Shown: piece by piece, positions 27,172 through 41,368 of the stretch
Numbering within the stretch: position 1 is the stretch's first letter
Layout of the letters: every line of letters starts with the position of its first letter
DNA from: Eledone cirrhosa
Lineage: Eukaryota
Length of the DNA stretch: 64,000 bases
Assembly (NCBI GenBank): GCA_964016885.1
Contig: OZ024752.1
Coordinates: forward strand, 3,844,001-3,908,000
Direction: 5' to 3'
Position numbers and translations under genes: made by a program
The notes under the pieces: model-generated
The model's input: only the letters and a program-made list of their open reading frames with translations
Told to the model about the DNA's origin: nothing
Database searches by the model: none

Positions 27172-27518
27172 AATATTATAATAAAATAATAGGAGATCTG
27201 GACTTGTGTAAAACCTTGAAAGGTTTATTATACTATGATCATTTCAATGACCGGGTTCCGTATGAATCCGGTGATATCATCAGGTATTCGAAATATAATA
27301 AATCCATGGGGCTGAAAATCATGGACCCGAGGACGACCGACCATCTAGCATCTTCCACTTTAGCCGGTCGCCCTCGGGTCTATGATTTTCAGCCCCATGG
27401 ATTTTATCTGTTACATTCATTTATTATATTTCGAATACCTGATGATATCACCGGATTCATACGGAACCCTTTCAAGGTTTTACACAAGTCCAGCCTCCTG
27501 TTATTTTATTATAATATT
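27172..27518. mobile_element. Palindromic foldback element (arms about 150 bp) carrying hammerhead family H3
   Basis: Arms are reverse complements with small deletions; centre at 27340-27364; ends at (TA)n. Confidence 0.85.
27230..27287 (-). ncRNA. Type I hammerhead motif, family H3
   Basis: atac-CTGATGA-tatc accgg attcatacggaac ccggt catt-GAAA-tgatca-TA-gtat; palindromic stem III ATGATCAT. Confidence 0.7.
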
Positions 27519-27689
27519 ATATATATATATATTTACCTTTACTACGGAAACACTTAACATATATATATATTTTTTTTTGTTGTTGTTGTTTTGCGAGGTT
27601 TTTCATATGAAATCGAGTGTCGAAACAAATATTGTTATACTTGGGGAGGGTCATACTGTTGTAATAATATTGCCAGAAATAATAACAAT

Positions 27690-27724
<35 letters not shown>

Positions 27725-27804
27725 TTATATTAGTGTTTCCTTAGGAAAGGTAAAGGAAAAGAGAGTGCTCTATGTAGGCTACATAGCTACATAAGACAAT
27801 TATT

Positions 27805-27873
27805 CCATTTACCAAAGGTTTCACGAAGACAGACAAGCTCGACACAGACGTCTGAAATCGTTCATCAGAATGG
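27805..27873 (-). ncRNA. Type I hammerhead motif, family H4, fully canonical
   Basis: ccatt-CTGATGA-acga...tcgt-GAAA-cc ttt gg-TA-aatgg. Confidence 0.82.
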
Positions 27874-27902
27874 TATTTATTTGAAGAGCTTCATATAAAT
27901 TT

Positions 27903-27967
27903 CATTCTGATGAACGATTTCAGACGTATCGTCGAGCTTGTCTGTCTTCGTGAAACCTTTGGTAAAT
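27903..27967 (+). ncRNA. Inverted second copy of hammerhead H4 (stem I shortened)
   Basis: catt-CTGATGA-acga...tcgt-GAAA-cctttgg-TA-aat then TA-rich sequence; forms a palindrome at 27807-27967. Confidence 0.7.
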
Positions 27968-28495
27968 ATATGTATTATATATATATGTACTATATATATA
28001 TATATTTTTTTCTACCCTGTTTCCCCACATCTCATGAAACGAGTCGTTATAATACCACATTTATCTTGTGGCATAATAAAAGAAACTAACATCATTATTA
28101 TTAATACCATTATTACTACGATTGTTTAGTTAGGTGTTAGCAGTAGTAGTATGTTTGAATAATATTATTATTGGATTTGAGGAACGTAAGAGAAACTGGC
28201 AATAAAGAAATGTTACAACATAATTTGCAATTTTTTCTAGAAATATATAGATTGTTTATTTTCATACTTACAAAAAAATACAGTAATAATAATATTAATA
28301 ATATTTTTCTCCAATAAGTTTTTATTTTTTATTTTTGCGTTGTAAATGGTGGAAAGAGTTCTAATTGATTTATATTTGGTTTAGTGTCTGTGTGTGTCTG
28401 TGTGTGTGTGTGTGTGTGTTGCTGTGTGTGTGTGTTGCTGTGTGTGTGTGTGTGTTGCTGTGTGTGTGTGTGTGCATACTACTATTATATATATG

Positions 28496-28557
<62 letters not shown>

Positions 28558-28559
<2 letters not shown>

Positions 28560-31500
28560 CTCTTTACTCTTTTACCTGTTCCAGCCATCCGGCTGAGGCC
28601 ATGCTGGGGTACCGCCCTTGATGCTACACATTTTATCTCCGAGCCTGTATTGGTTGGCCACTGGTGCAGGAGGGAGTTCGTTGCTGTTGGGGGTTTCCCT
28701 CGTGCCTTGCTGTGGGCTCATCCTGGATAGCAAGTTGTCGAGATGTTTCTTGAAGAGATCCACCTCCACACCGTACAAATCTCTCAGATCCCTCAGCAGC
28801 TTGTTGAAGAGTTGAGGGCACTTGAACCCCAGAATATTGCAATATCTGCTCCTTATTCTAGATGTGGAAGACGGGACATTTGGCACCACACCATGACGTC
28901 CTGTTCGGGTGTTGGTCCAGCTCCCAATGCCAAAGTTTGGGGCTAGTCCCTCCAGGATTTTCCACATGTAGATCACTGCGTATCTCCCGTCTTCGTTCCA
29001 AGGATTAGAGGTTCAGTTCATTTAGCCTCTCCCAGTAGCTTATCTCCATTATCGCCACGATCCTCTTGGTGTAGCTTCACTGGATTGCCTCAAGCTCTGT
29101 GGTTAGTTTGACACTATGGAGTGACCTCAGATGGGAGCAATAGTCCAGGAAGCTTAGGATAAATGTCCTCCACAGTGTCAACATGGTCACTTGGTCACTT
29201 GTAAGTCCTCAAGATCCAGCAAGCGAGTCGTCTGCACATTGTCGCCACTTTCATGATGTATGAGGAAAGAGATGCATCGTCGCTCATGTTGTCTATACCC
29301 AGGTCTCGTATCGATTTCGACACGGGAATTTCGGTCCCTCCTGGTCCAGTGTAATTGTGTTGTATTGTATTTGGGTTTGTATTGTAGGGCTTGAAATGTG
29401 CCAGCATTAAATTGCATGCTGTTGTCTTCCGCCCATTTGTATATGGCATCCAGATCTTGTTGTAAAAGGGCAGCGTCAGCCGGGTTTTTGATTGCCTGTG
29501 CTACCTTACTGTCATCAGCATAGCTAGTGAGGGATGTTGTATGTACTACAGAGGGCATGTCTGAGAGAGCCACCAAAAACAGTAGTGGTCCCAGGACACT
29601 GCCTTCGGGCTCCCACTTCTTATTGATATTTTCCTTTGTGAGAGCCCCGTTTGCTGCGACTGTCTGGCTTCTATCCTTTAAGAAGTCATGCAGCCACTGT
29701 CCTACTTTTCGAGTTAGGCCGACTCTGTGTAGTTTGTGACATATCATTCCGTGGTCGACCTTGTCAAAGGCCTTCGCAAAGTCAAAATATATCACGTCCA
29801 CATATGCGCTATCTAGCCGTTGTTTCAGTACCCAGTTGTAGTGATGTAGCAACTGTGTAAGGCAGCTTCTTCCTGGGCAAAAGCCATGCTGCGTGCTAGT
29901 CAGGCGGTCATTTTCCTCGAGGAAAGTTATCAGTTTCTTTCTGATGATATGGTCCATGACCTTACTGATATGTGACGTCAGAGAGACTAGCCTCTAGATT
30001 TTGGCCTCCGCTCTGTTACCTCCTTTATGGATAGGGCATATTGTGCCTTCTTTCAGCTCCCTGGGTAGTCTACTGCTAGCCAAGGACTTTCTGAAGAGCG
30101 TTTTCAGTGGAGTTGCTAAGGCCTGCTTACATGTTATTAAAAGGACTGCTGGGAATCCATCAGATCCAGCAGCTGAGTCTGTTCTAATTTCATCTATGGC
30201 GTTATGTCTATGTGGTTGATGGTCGCCATTTCTTCATGGAGTGTTGTAGCATCAAAGAAATACTCTAGCTTTGTTATGTGCATGTGCCTCAGTGGACATG
30301 TGAACACACTTTTGTTCTGTTCGTTCAGTATTTCACTTATCTCTTGGGGATTCTCGGTTAATGAACCGTCTGTATGGAAGACTGGCCCAATCTTGCAGTT
30401 TACGGAGGCAGTCTCTTTTGCAAATTGAAAGAGGGCCTTAGGGTTTGTTTTAATATTTTCTATGGCCCTGCTTTCTTTCTTTGCACTCTCATTTCATGGG
30501 AAAGTTTGAGTGCAATCTCGATGCCAAGTAATGCACGGTTCAAATAGGATTCCTTCTTGTTTTTGTTTTTTGTTGTGCATTCAACTGGTTGAGAGTTCAG
30601 TTCTTCGTCTCATAAGGATTTTCCTATCTCTGGGAATGAGACTTTTGTGTCTGTTGGCCTTTTTCTCCGCGACAAGCTTTTGGCATATAGTTTGTATCGT
30701 TGTCATGAAGTGTTGAAAATGTGTGTTGGTGACTTGTGTGGCGATGTTGTCGCTCCATATTTGCTTCCGGATTTCTCTCTTGATCGTTTTCCAGTTAGCG
30801 ATGTAGAAGTTAAGGCTGGATAAGGTCCCGGTGCTTCTTGATGGTTGTGTCTCTGTTGATTCTCTCGGACCACATATCATTAGTTCTACTAAGCTATGAA
30901 CGAGAAAATTGTTGGTGTCACATTTACATTGTCGATGAGCACTTCTTTGTTTGTAAAACAGAGATCTAGGACATTCTCGCCTCTTGTTGGGAGGAGTACT
31001 GCTTGTTCCATGAATAGCCTGTGTGTGAGGGCCAGCAGTGATTCTGTCTCTGTTCTAGTGATGTCATTCCAGAGAGGAGGTGGCTCTCAGGCCATTTGAA
31101 CTTGGGCAGGTTGAAGTTTCCCAACAGTAGAATATTGAGACCCTGGTCCAGATTGTCAAGGAGCTCCCCTATCCTAATGAGGCTTTCCTCAAATTTACCC
31201 TCATGACTGGGGGCATCGTGTTATTAGTTGCTTCATATGTACTGTCAGTGTGTCACAGACTGAGTTTGAATGTGCAACAGTACAATTGGTGTGACATCTT
31301 CACGGATATACAGAGCAACCTCACCATGAGTTCTCTCATTCCTGTCCGAATGAAATACAGTATATTTTGGTATATGTATTTCCCCATCCGCTCTACTGCT
31401 AGTCAGGTGCGTTTCAGTTAGTGCCATGCATAATGCTAGATTGCTTATGGCTAAGTGACCCAGGTAGGAAATTTTACTCATGATAGTGAGATTCACCAGG

Positions 31501-31594
31501 CCTCTGACATTCAGCAGCGGAACTGGTTTGATATTTGGGGTGCCAGCAATGGCTGTCGGTGTGACACATAGCGTGGTGTCAGTGGCAGCCACCC
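28558..31594 (-). mobile_element. 5'-truncated decayed CR1-group LINE, same family as 7275-11105
   Basis: APE (LNVRGL, LTETHL) and RT (QHGF..GRSCLTQL, DFAKAFDKVDH, YADD); both ends abut (TA)n. Confidence 0.92.
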
Positions 31595-31784
31595 ATATAT
31601 ATATATATATATATATGTATAAATATATACACGTGACTATATGTATACATATGTTTGTTTATATATCATAATGTATAGACATATAATGAATATATATATA
31701 TTTGTGTGTGTGTATATATATAAAAAATATATATGTGTGTGTGTACATATATATATGTATGCTTATATATATGTGTGTGTATGC

Positions 31785-31903
<119 letters not shown>

Positions 31904-31909
31904 CAGTAT

Positions 31910-32207
31910 AGAGTAAAGAGAGTAAAGAGCAAAAGCTTTAGCTCTTTAATCTCTTTACTCTTTGTACTTGAATGTTTGATTGGTAGAGTCCATAACACAA
32001 ATCAAACCCCTTTTATAGCTCTGAAGAATCCTACGGTTACGTAAGGAAGAAACATTGTAAGCCAATAAAAAAATGTTTGATGTTGTAGACGCTCTTCTGT
32101 TCTTTATCATATATACGGCTCTGCTCCAAAGCATTGAGCTAATTAATATACTGCCAATACTTAAATGGGACACGGGTATACAATACCTAACTCCTATTAA
32201 CCTAAGT
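31910..32207 (+). mobile_element. TA-flanked non-coding element with 5' hairpin and hammerhead family H5 (second copy at 38342-38746)
   Basis: About 250 bp near-identical to 38495-38746; hairpin agagtaaagaga...tctctttactct. Confidence 0.8.
32018..32062 (+). ncRNA. Type I hammerhead motif, family H5
   Basis: gct-CTGAAGA-a tcct acg gtta cgt a agga a-GAAA-cattg-TA-agc. Confidence 0.7.
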
Positions 32208-32260
32208 ATATATATATATGTATATATATATGTATATATATATATGTATATATATATATG

Positions 32261-32306
<46 letters not shown>

Positions 32307-32412
32307 TATGTATATATATATATATGTATGTATATATATATATATATGTATATATATACATGTATATATATATATATATGTATGTATATATATATATGTA
32401 TCTATATATATG

Positions 32413-32443
<31 letters not shown>

Positions 32444-32760
32444 GTATATATATGTATATATATATATGTATATATATATATGTATATATATATGTATGTA
32501 TGTATATATATATGTATGTATATATGTATGTATATATGTATATATATATGTATATATGTATGTATATATATATATATGTATGTATATATGTATATATATA
32601 TGTATATATGTATGTTTATATATATATGTATATATATATATGTATGTATATATATATGTATATATATATGTATGTATATATGTATGTATATATGTATATA
32701 TATATGTATGTATATATGTATATATATATGTATGTATATATATATATGTATGTATATATG

Positions 32761-32797
<37 letters not shown>

Positions 32798-33018
32798 GTA
32801 TATATGTATGTATATATATATATATATGTATGTATATATGTATATATATGTATGTATATATATATATATCTATGTATATATATATATATTTATATATATG
32901 TATGTATATATATATGTATGTATATATATATATATGTATGTATATATATGTATATATATATGTATGTATATATATGTATATATATATGTATGTATATATA
33001 TGTATATATATATGTATG

Positions 33019-33091
<73 letters not shown>

Positions 33092-33117
33092 GTATATATA
33101 TATGTATATATATATAT
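32208..33117. repeat. (TATATG/TA)n microsatellite array
   Basis: Direct inspection. Confidence 0.95.
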
Positions 33118-35345
33118 ATCATTAAGGTATTTGAGAGAGTGGTGAGATCGCGAATGACCCACTTCCTTGAGAGTAACAATATGCTGAACTCCAACCAGCA
33201 TGGATTCCGTAATGGAAGGGATTGCCTGACGCAGCTACTGCATCACTTTGATGACATTTTGAGAGCCTTGGGAGAGGGTTCCAACACTGATGTTATCTAC
33301 CTTGATTTCAGCAAGTCCTTTGACAGGGTTGATCATAACATTCTACTGAGAAAGCTGTCCAATATTGGTGTCACTGGAAAGCTGCTGCAGTGGATCAAGA
33401 GCTTCCTGTCAAACAGAACCCAACATGTTGTAGTTGAGTGAGTCAAATCCAGCCCAGCCAAAGTCAGTAGTGGGGTCCCACAAGGCACTGTGTTGGGCCC
33501 ACTTCTCTTCATCATCTATATTAATGACATCACTGACATCATCAAACACAGCAACATTAAAAGTATCATGAAACTTGAAGCTCCTCAAAGGGCAATCACG
33601 AAAAATATAGATGGCATGTCAGACCTTGACTACTGGCGATTTAGATTTTTGAATGGGACGGATAGCACGGGGCCCAAGCCTTGGGTGTATCTTGAAGGCG
33701 ATGCCAACATCATTTGGGCAGTGATGATGGAACATTTTCCACATCATGCAGATAATATAACGCTCACGGCGACGTTGGAGTGAGTAAAGTTTCAGGTTTT
33801 CTAATCGACCCCAGTAGTCAAGGTCTGACATGCCATCTATCTTTTTCGTGATTGCCCTTTGAGGAGCTTCAAGTTTCATGATACTTTGTTTCGTGTGGGG
33901 AGACCACAGTGGACAACAGTATTCAAGGTGTGGTCGGGCAAAAGTAGAGAAGAGAAGGATAATGGTGCGGGAATCTCTCGACTGGAAGGTTCTGAGGATC
34001 CAGGAACACATTCTGCGGGCCATGTCAACTTTGCTGCTTATATGCGTGGTCCAGCTTATGTTGCTGTCCACGGTTACTCCCAAGTCTCTGATGTTGTTAG
34101 ATGCCACGAGAGTTTCCCCGGAGGGAAGGGAGTACGGGAGTTTCAGAGCATCCTCTTTTCCAAAGTGGATCAGTTCGAATTTGTCTTCGTTCAGTAACAT
34201 TTTGTTCTTTTCCGCCCATTGGGTAACAGCCAGTAGGTCTGACTGAAGGCTTATCCGGTCATCCACGCCATTGATGACCTTTTGGAGCTTGGAATCATCA
34301 GCGAAAATTTTAATGTTGCTGTGTTTGATGATGTCAGTGATGTCATTAATATAGATGATGAAGAGAAGTGGGCCCAACACAGTGCCTTGTGGGACCCCAC
34401 TACTGACTTTGGCTGGGCTGGATTTGACTCACTCAACTACAACATGTTGGGTTCTGTTTGACAGGAAGCTCTTGATCCACTGCAGCAGCATTCAAGTGAC
34501 ACCAATATTGGACAGCTATCTCAGTAGAATGTTATGATCAACCCTGTCAAAGGCCTTGCTGAAATCAAGGTAGATAACATCAGTGTTGGAACCCTCTCCC
34601 AAGGCTCTCAAAATGTCATCAAAGTGATGCAGTAGCTGCGTCAGGCAATCCCTTCCATTATGGAATCCATGCTGGTTGGAGTTCAGCATATTGTTACTCT
34701 CAAGGAAGTGGGTCATTCGCGATCTCACCACTCTCTCAAATACCTTAATGATATGAGAGGAGAGTGAGATTAGACGGTAATTCACGGCAAGGGATTTGTT
34801 TCCCTTTTTGAAAACTAGGACAACAGACTGGGATAGAAGGTTTTCTGGCACATATCCAGCATCCAGTGAGTTCCGCCACAGATTGGCAAGAGGAGATGCA
34901 AGTTGGTGTTGACACGCCTTCAAGACACAAGCAGGGAACCTATCGGGACCTACTGCTGAATTATGCTTGATTTCCTTTATTGCCGCCAAGACATCAGGGG
35001 CGCCAAACGTTATATCCGATAAGGTGTAATGGGGAGTAACATCGCCGATACAGCCCAGATCGGCCATATCAGGATTGCTGAAAACAGAGCAGTATTGTTT
35101 CTGCAGTATCTCACCCATGGTTTTAGCATTGTCTTGAAGAGTGCCATTTTCATCAATTAGAGGGCCAACAGTAGAGCCAGTGATTTTGTGTTTTTTTACA
35201 AATGAAAAGAACACTTTGGGATTGAGTTTCATCTTCTCAATGGCCCAGGCCTCTTCAGCTCTTCTCTGATTGTTGATGAGGGACATTATGTTGTTTTGGA
35301 GGTTATGTTTTTTAATCTCTAGTGATGAAATGGCAGTCAAGTTGA
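33118..35345 (-). mobile_element. Second CR1-group LINE family: RT fragment (33637-35345, minus) with inverted duplicated arm (33118-33636, plus)
   Basis: [48 protein letters not shown]. Confidence 0.9.
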
Positions 35346-35359
35346 TGTATATATGTATG

Positions 35360-35408
<49 letters not shown>

Positions 35409-35470
35409 GTATGTATATATATATATGTATGTATATATATATGTATGTATGTATATATATGTATGTATGT

Positions 35471-35511
<41 letters not shown>

Positions 35512-35727
35512 TATGTATGTATATATATATGTATGTATGTATATATATATGTATGTATATGTATATGTATGTATATATGTATATGTATGTATGTATTTAT
35601 ATATATGTATGTATATATATATATGTATGTATATATATATATGTAGATATATATGTATATATATATATATATGTATGTATATATATTTATATGTATATAT
35701 ATATGTATATATATATATATATGTATG

Positions 35728-35758
<31 letters not shown>

Positions 35759-35811
35759 GTAGATATAAGTATATATATATGTATATATATATGTATATAT
35801 ATGTATATATG

Positions 35812-35908
<97 letters not shown>

Positions 35909-36234
35909 GTATATATGTATATATATATGTATATATATATGTATATATGTATATATATATGTATATATGTATATATATATGTATATATATATGTATATAT
36001 ATATGTATATATATATGTATATATATATGTATATATATATATATATGTATATATGTATATATGTATATATGTATATGTATATATGTATATATATATATGT
36101 ATGTATATATGTATATATGTATATATATATATATATGTATATATATGTATATATGTATGTATATATACGTATATATATATATATGTATATATGTATGTAT
36201 ATATGTATATATATGTATGTATATATGTATATAT

Positions 36235-36282
<48 letters not shown>

Positions 36283-36772
36283 GTATGTATATATGTATGT
36301 ATATATATGTGTATGTATATATGTATGTATATATATATGTATGTATATATGTATATTTGTATGTATATATATATGTATGTATATATGTATATATGTATGT
36401 ATATATGTATATATATATGTATTTATATATATGTATATATGTATTTATATATATGTATATATGTATGTATATATGTATATATATATGTATTTATATATAT
36501 ATGTATATATGTATATATGTATGTATATATGTATGTATATATGTATTTGTATATATGTATATATGTATATATATATATATGTATGTATATATGTATATAT
36601 GTATATATATATGTATGTATATATATATGTATGTATATACATATGTCTGTATCTATGTATGTATATATGTATATATGTATGTATGTATATATGTATATAT
36701 GTATATATGTATATATATATATGTATTTATGTATATATATATATGTATTTGTATATATGTATATATATATGT
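35346..36772. repeat. (TATG/TATATG)n microsatellite array
   Basis: Direct inspection. Confidence 0.95.
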
Positions 36773-37590
36773 ATAAGAGGTATAAGGATTCCTTGAAAGC
36801 CTCTCTGAAAGACGCTAACATCTCTGCTGATACATGGGAAAATATTGCTGCTGATCGTAATAAATGGAGAAAGACTGTATATGAGGGAAAAGTTGCCTTT
36901 GAGGCATCTCGAATCGCATACGAGAAAGTAAAGCGGGACGTGAGGAAGGGCATTGCTGTTGCACTTCCAGACGGCAAGGGTCCTCCTATGGTGCTGACAT
37001 GCAGCGTATGTGCGAGACTCTGCCTGAGCAAAGCTGGACTCGAAAGTCATCTTCACAGTCATAAAGTAAGACCAGTGATTGACTACCAGGCTTCTGTTGG
37101 AGATGCTACTCATCATGCTTGCCAAACATGTGATAGAGAATGTAAATCAGCAGGAGGGTTCAAGCGACATGCAAAAGTACACGAACTCCCACCACAGCCG
37201 ACTATTCCCAGTGAATGTTTTGGTTGCCGACTCTGTGCAAGACATTTTAGATCATTGGCTGGGCTAAAAAGCCACATTCGATCGCAGCACTGTTAGTTGC
37301 TATCGTGTGTGTGTGTGTGTGTGTGTAGATATGCTTATGTGTGTGCGTCTGTGTGTATATATATATATGTATATGTATATTATTATTGTTGTTGTCGTTA
37401 TTATTATTGTTGTTATGATTATTATTATTATTATTGTTATTAATGTATCTGTGTGTATGTATGTATGTGTATATATATGTGTATAAATATATATATATAT
37501 ATATTTTTTTTCTTTTTATTTATTATTATTATTTTTTTTTTTTTTTCTCCCCGTGCAATGGCCATACTCGATAACGAGGGGGCAGCCATC
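36773..37590 (+). mobile_element. RTE-clade LINE 3' end; ORF C-terminus with three C2H2-type zinc fingers (stop at 37296) and 3' UTR
   Basis: [24 protein letters not shown]; CSVC..H..H, CQTC..H..H, CRLC..H..H; terminal atggccatactcgataacgagggggcagccatc. Confidence 0.85.
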
Positions 37591-37904
37591 ATATATATAT
37601 GTATATCTGTATATATGTATATATATATATGTATATATGTATATATATATATGTATATATGTATATATGTATGTATATATGTATATATGTATATATGTAT
37701 ATATGTATATATGTATATATGTATATATATATGTATGTATATATGTATATATGTATGTATATATGTATGTATATATGTATGTATATATGTATGTATATAT
37801 GTATATATGTATGTATATATGTATGTATATATGTATATATGTATGTATATATGTATGTATGTATATATGTATATATGTATGTATGTATGTATATATGTAT
37901 ATAT

Positions 37905-38030
37905 GTATATTTTTCAAGGACACCAAGTTAAATTATGGTGCTTTCATCAGATAAAATATAATGTAGAGCAGTTTTATAAATAAATATTGACATACCCTTA
38001 AAGAATGCAACCATTACTGTTTTGTTTACA
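37905..38030 (-). ncRNA. Hammerhead family H2 within a repeat arm (3' side lost in microsatellite)
   Basis: Minus strand: attttat-CTGATGA-aagcacca...ggtgtcctt-GAAA-aatata. Confidence 0.6.
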
Positions 38031-38189
38031 TATATCATTTATATACATATGTTTTTTATACAAATACATATATATATCATATATATATATACATATATAT
38101 ATATACATATATATATCACATATATATATACTATATATATCATATATATTTACATATATACATATATATATATCATCATCATCATCATA

Positions 38190-38776
<587 letters not shown>

Positions 38777-38962
38777 GTGTGTATATATATATATATATAT
38801 ATTATATACTTATATGCAGAGGTTATATTTAATTTGTTGGGATACAACAAGCTTAAAAATATTTTTATAAAATATTTTTTATAACTATCCAGGAAGCTCC
38901 ACCGTTAAAGTTGTCTTTTTTCAGGGTATGTCAATATTTATTTATAAAACTAAACGGTATTG

Positions 38963-39028
38963 TATTTTATTTGATGAAAGCGCACCATAATTTGCATTTG
39001 TGGCCCTTGAAATATGTATAATAAAATA
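38963..39028 (+). ncRNA. Hammerhead family H2 with C3U core change
   Basis: tattttat-TTGATGA-aag...ctt-GAAA-tatgta-TA-ataaaata. Confidence 0.65.
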
Positions 39029-39374
39029 AATATGGTTTTATAAATATAGTTTCCATTTGTTAATATATTGTATATATATACTTATATATATTTGTTTATA
39101 TATATCATACATATATATATACATATATATATTTCTTTATATATATATATTGTTCCCACCACTACTACTTCTACCACCACCACTATCCCCACTACCACTA
39201 CTACTCAGCATAAAACAACACTTTGATCACAAAGATAAAATAACTGTCAGCCATCTTACTTTCTCAATGGTCAAAAGGATTTGGCCCTTCTGTTGGGAAG
39301 ATTTGAATGTGTCTGAAAGAAATAGTCAGTGACTGTAGTGAAAGAAGGAATTTATATATTTGTTTATATATATC

Positions 39375-39405
<31 letters not shown>

Positions 39406-39674
39406 TATATATTTGTTTATACATATTTGTTTATACATATGTGTTTATACATATATATATATTTGTTTATACATATATATATTTGATTATATATGATATA
39501 TATATATATACATATTTGTTTATATATGTCATATATATATATGTCTGTTTATAGATATCATATATATATATATATACATATATAAGTTTGTTTATATATA
39601 TCATATATATATATATCTGTGTGTGTTTTCTTTATATATATATCATATATATATATGTGTGTTTTTTTATATAT

Positions 39675-39755
<81 letters not shown>

Positions 39756-40412
39756 ATTACTTTTGACCCTATTATCTTGCAACACACTTTCTACCTCGCC
39801 TTCAATGCAAATATTTCTAGATTTACCAAAAACGTTTTGTCTTTTTGCCAACATTGCAGTGGAATTCTTATTGGTGGAAGAAAAAACTCTATTTTTCTTT
39901 CACTCTGTTTGTTTTTATTGGGTAATTTACTATTTTCCTTTTTCTATAGCTTCGAGTGCTTAATAGGTTTCACTAATAATACGAAGAAAAACAGTAATAA
40001 AATAAATATATTAATAAATAGGATAATGATAGCAACAACCAATACTACAATTTTATTTTTATCATTATTACCATTATTATTATTTTCATCATTATTATAA
40101 GTGTTAGTGGTTGTAGTTATTTTTGCCGTAGTGGTAGTAGTATCTAAATAGACATACAAATGATGTTGATGTTAAAAACAGGATATCAAGATGAACATCA
40201 ATGTAATGAAGAAGTGTATATATATGTATATATATGGAAAAGAATGAAATGAAATTTCATTTCTCACTCTTAGTACGACTCATACTTAAATATAAGTATG
40301 TATACGTACATACATATATGTATACACATGTACAGTAGTATGTATATATATACATACATGCACACATATATATATATATATATGTAGGTATAGATTTACC
40401 GAACATTAATTA

Positions 40413-40596
40413 GCGGTGGATTGGCAGTATCGGTAGAGGGTCGGACGCCATGCTTTCCAGCACAGTTACGTCCCTTTACGATCTGAGTTCAAATCCCGCC
40501 GAGGTTGACTTTGCCTTTCATCCTTACGGAGTCGATAAAATAAAGTACCAGTAATGCACTGGGTAATTGCTGGCCTTGTGCCTAAAGTAGAAACAA
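40413..40596 (+). mobile_element. SINE family A, full length
   Basis: All motifs present; attaatta on both flanks. Confidence 0.9.
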
Positions 40597-40659
40597 TTAA
40601 TTATAATGCTCGGTTTATTGTAAACAAACAAACATCCCGAATTAAGCCGTACAGTGTTT

Positions 40660-40727
40660 AGAAATTGAGACTCACAACCTTTCGATTGTAAGCCCTATGC
40701 TCTACCCTCTAAGCCATGCGCCCTCAA
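40660..40727 (-). mobile_element. tRNA-like head of a second SINE family (B)
   Basis: Minus strand: gggcgcatggcttagagggtagagc...ggttgtgagtctcaatt. Confidence 0.55.
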
Positions 40728-40731
40728 AGTA

Positions 40732-40766
<35 letters not shown>

Positions 40767-40849
40767 TATATATATATATATAGAGAGAGAGAGTATATAT
40801 ATATATATGGAGAGAGAGAGAGAGAGAGTATATATATATAGAGAGAGAG

Positions 40850-40907
<58 letters not shown>

Positions 40908-41018
40908 ATATATATAGAAAGAGAGTATACATATATATATAGAGAGAGAGAGTATATATATAGAGAGAGTATATGTATATATATAGAGAGAGTATATGTA
41001 TATGTGTATATAAAGTAC

Positions 41019-41054
<36 letters not shown>

Positions 41055-41080
41055 TATATATATACATATATATATATATT

Positions 41081-41158
<78 letters not shown>

Positions 41159-41164
41159 TATATT

Positions 41165-41252
<88 letters not shown>

Positions 41253-41368
41253 TATATTTATATATATATATATATAAATATATGCAAAAGTTCTATTTAT
41301 ATTGTTGGGATACAACAAGCAAATATTTTTATAACTGATATAAAGCACTCGACAAATATTTGGTGTAA

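Noticed and set aside
32073-33441. Long Y/I/M/V/C-rich ORFs (also 35270-37296, 42377-43147 and many short ones)
   Set aside because: They are translations of stop-free (TA/TATG)n microsatellites; only their LINE-derived ends are meaningful.
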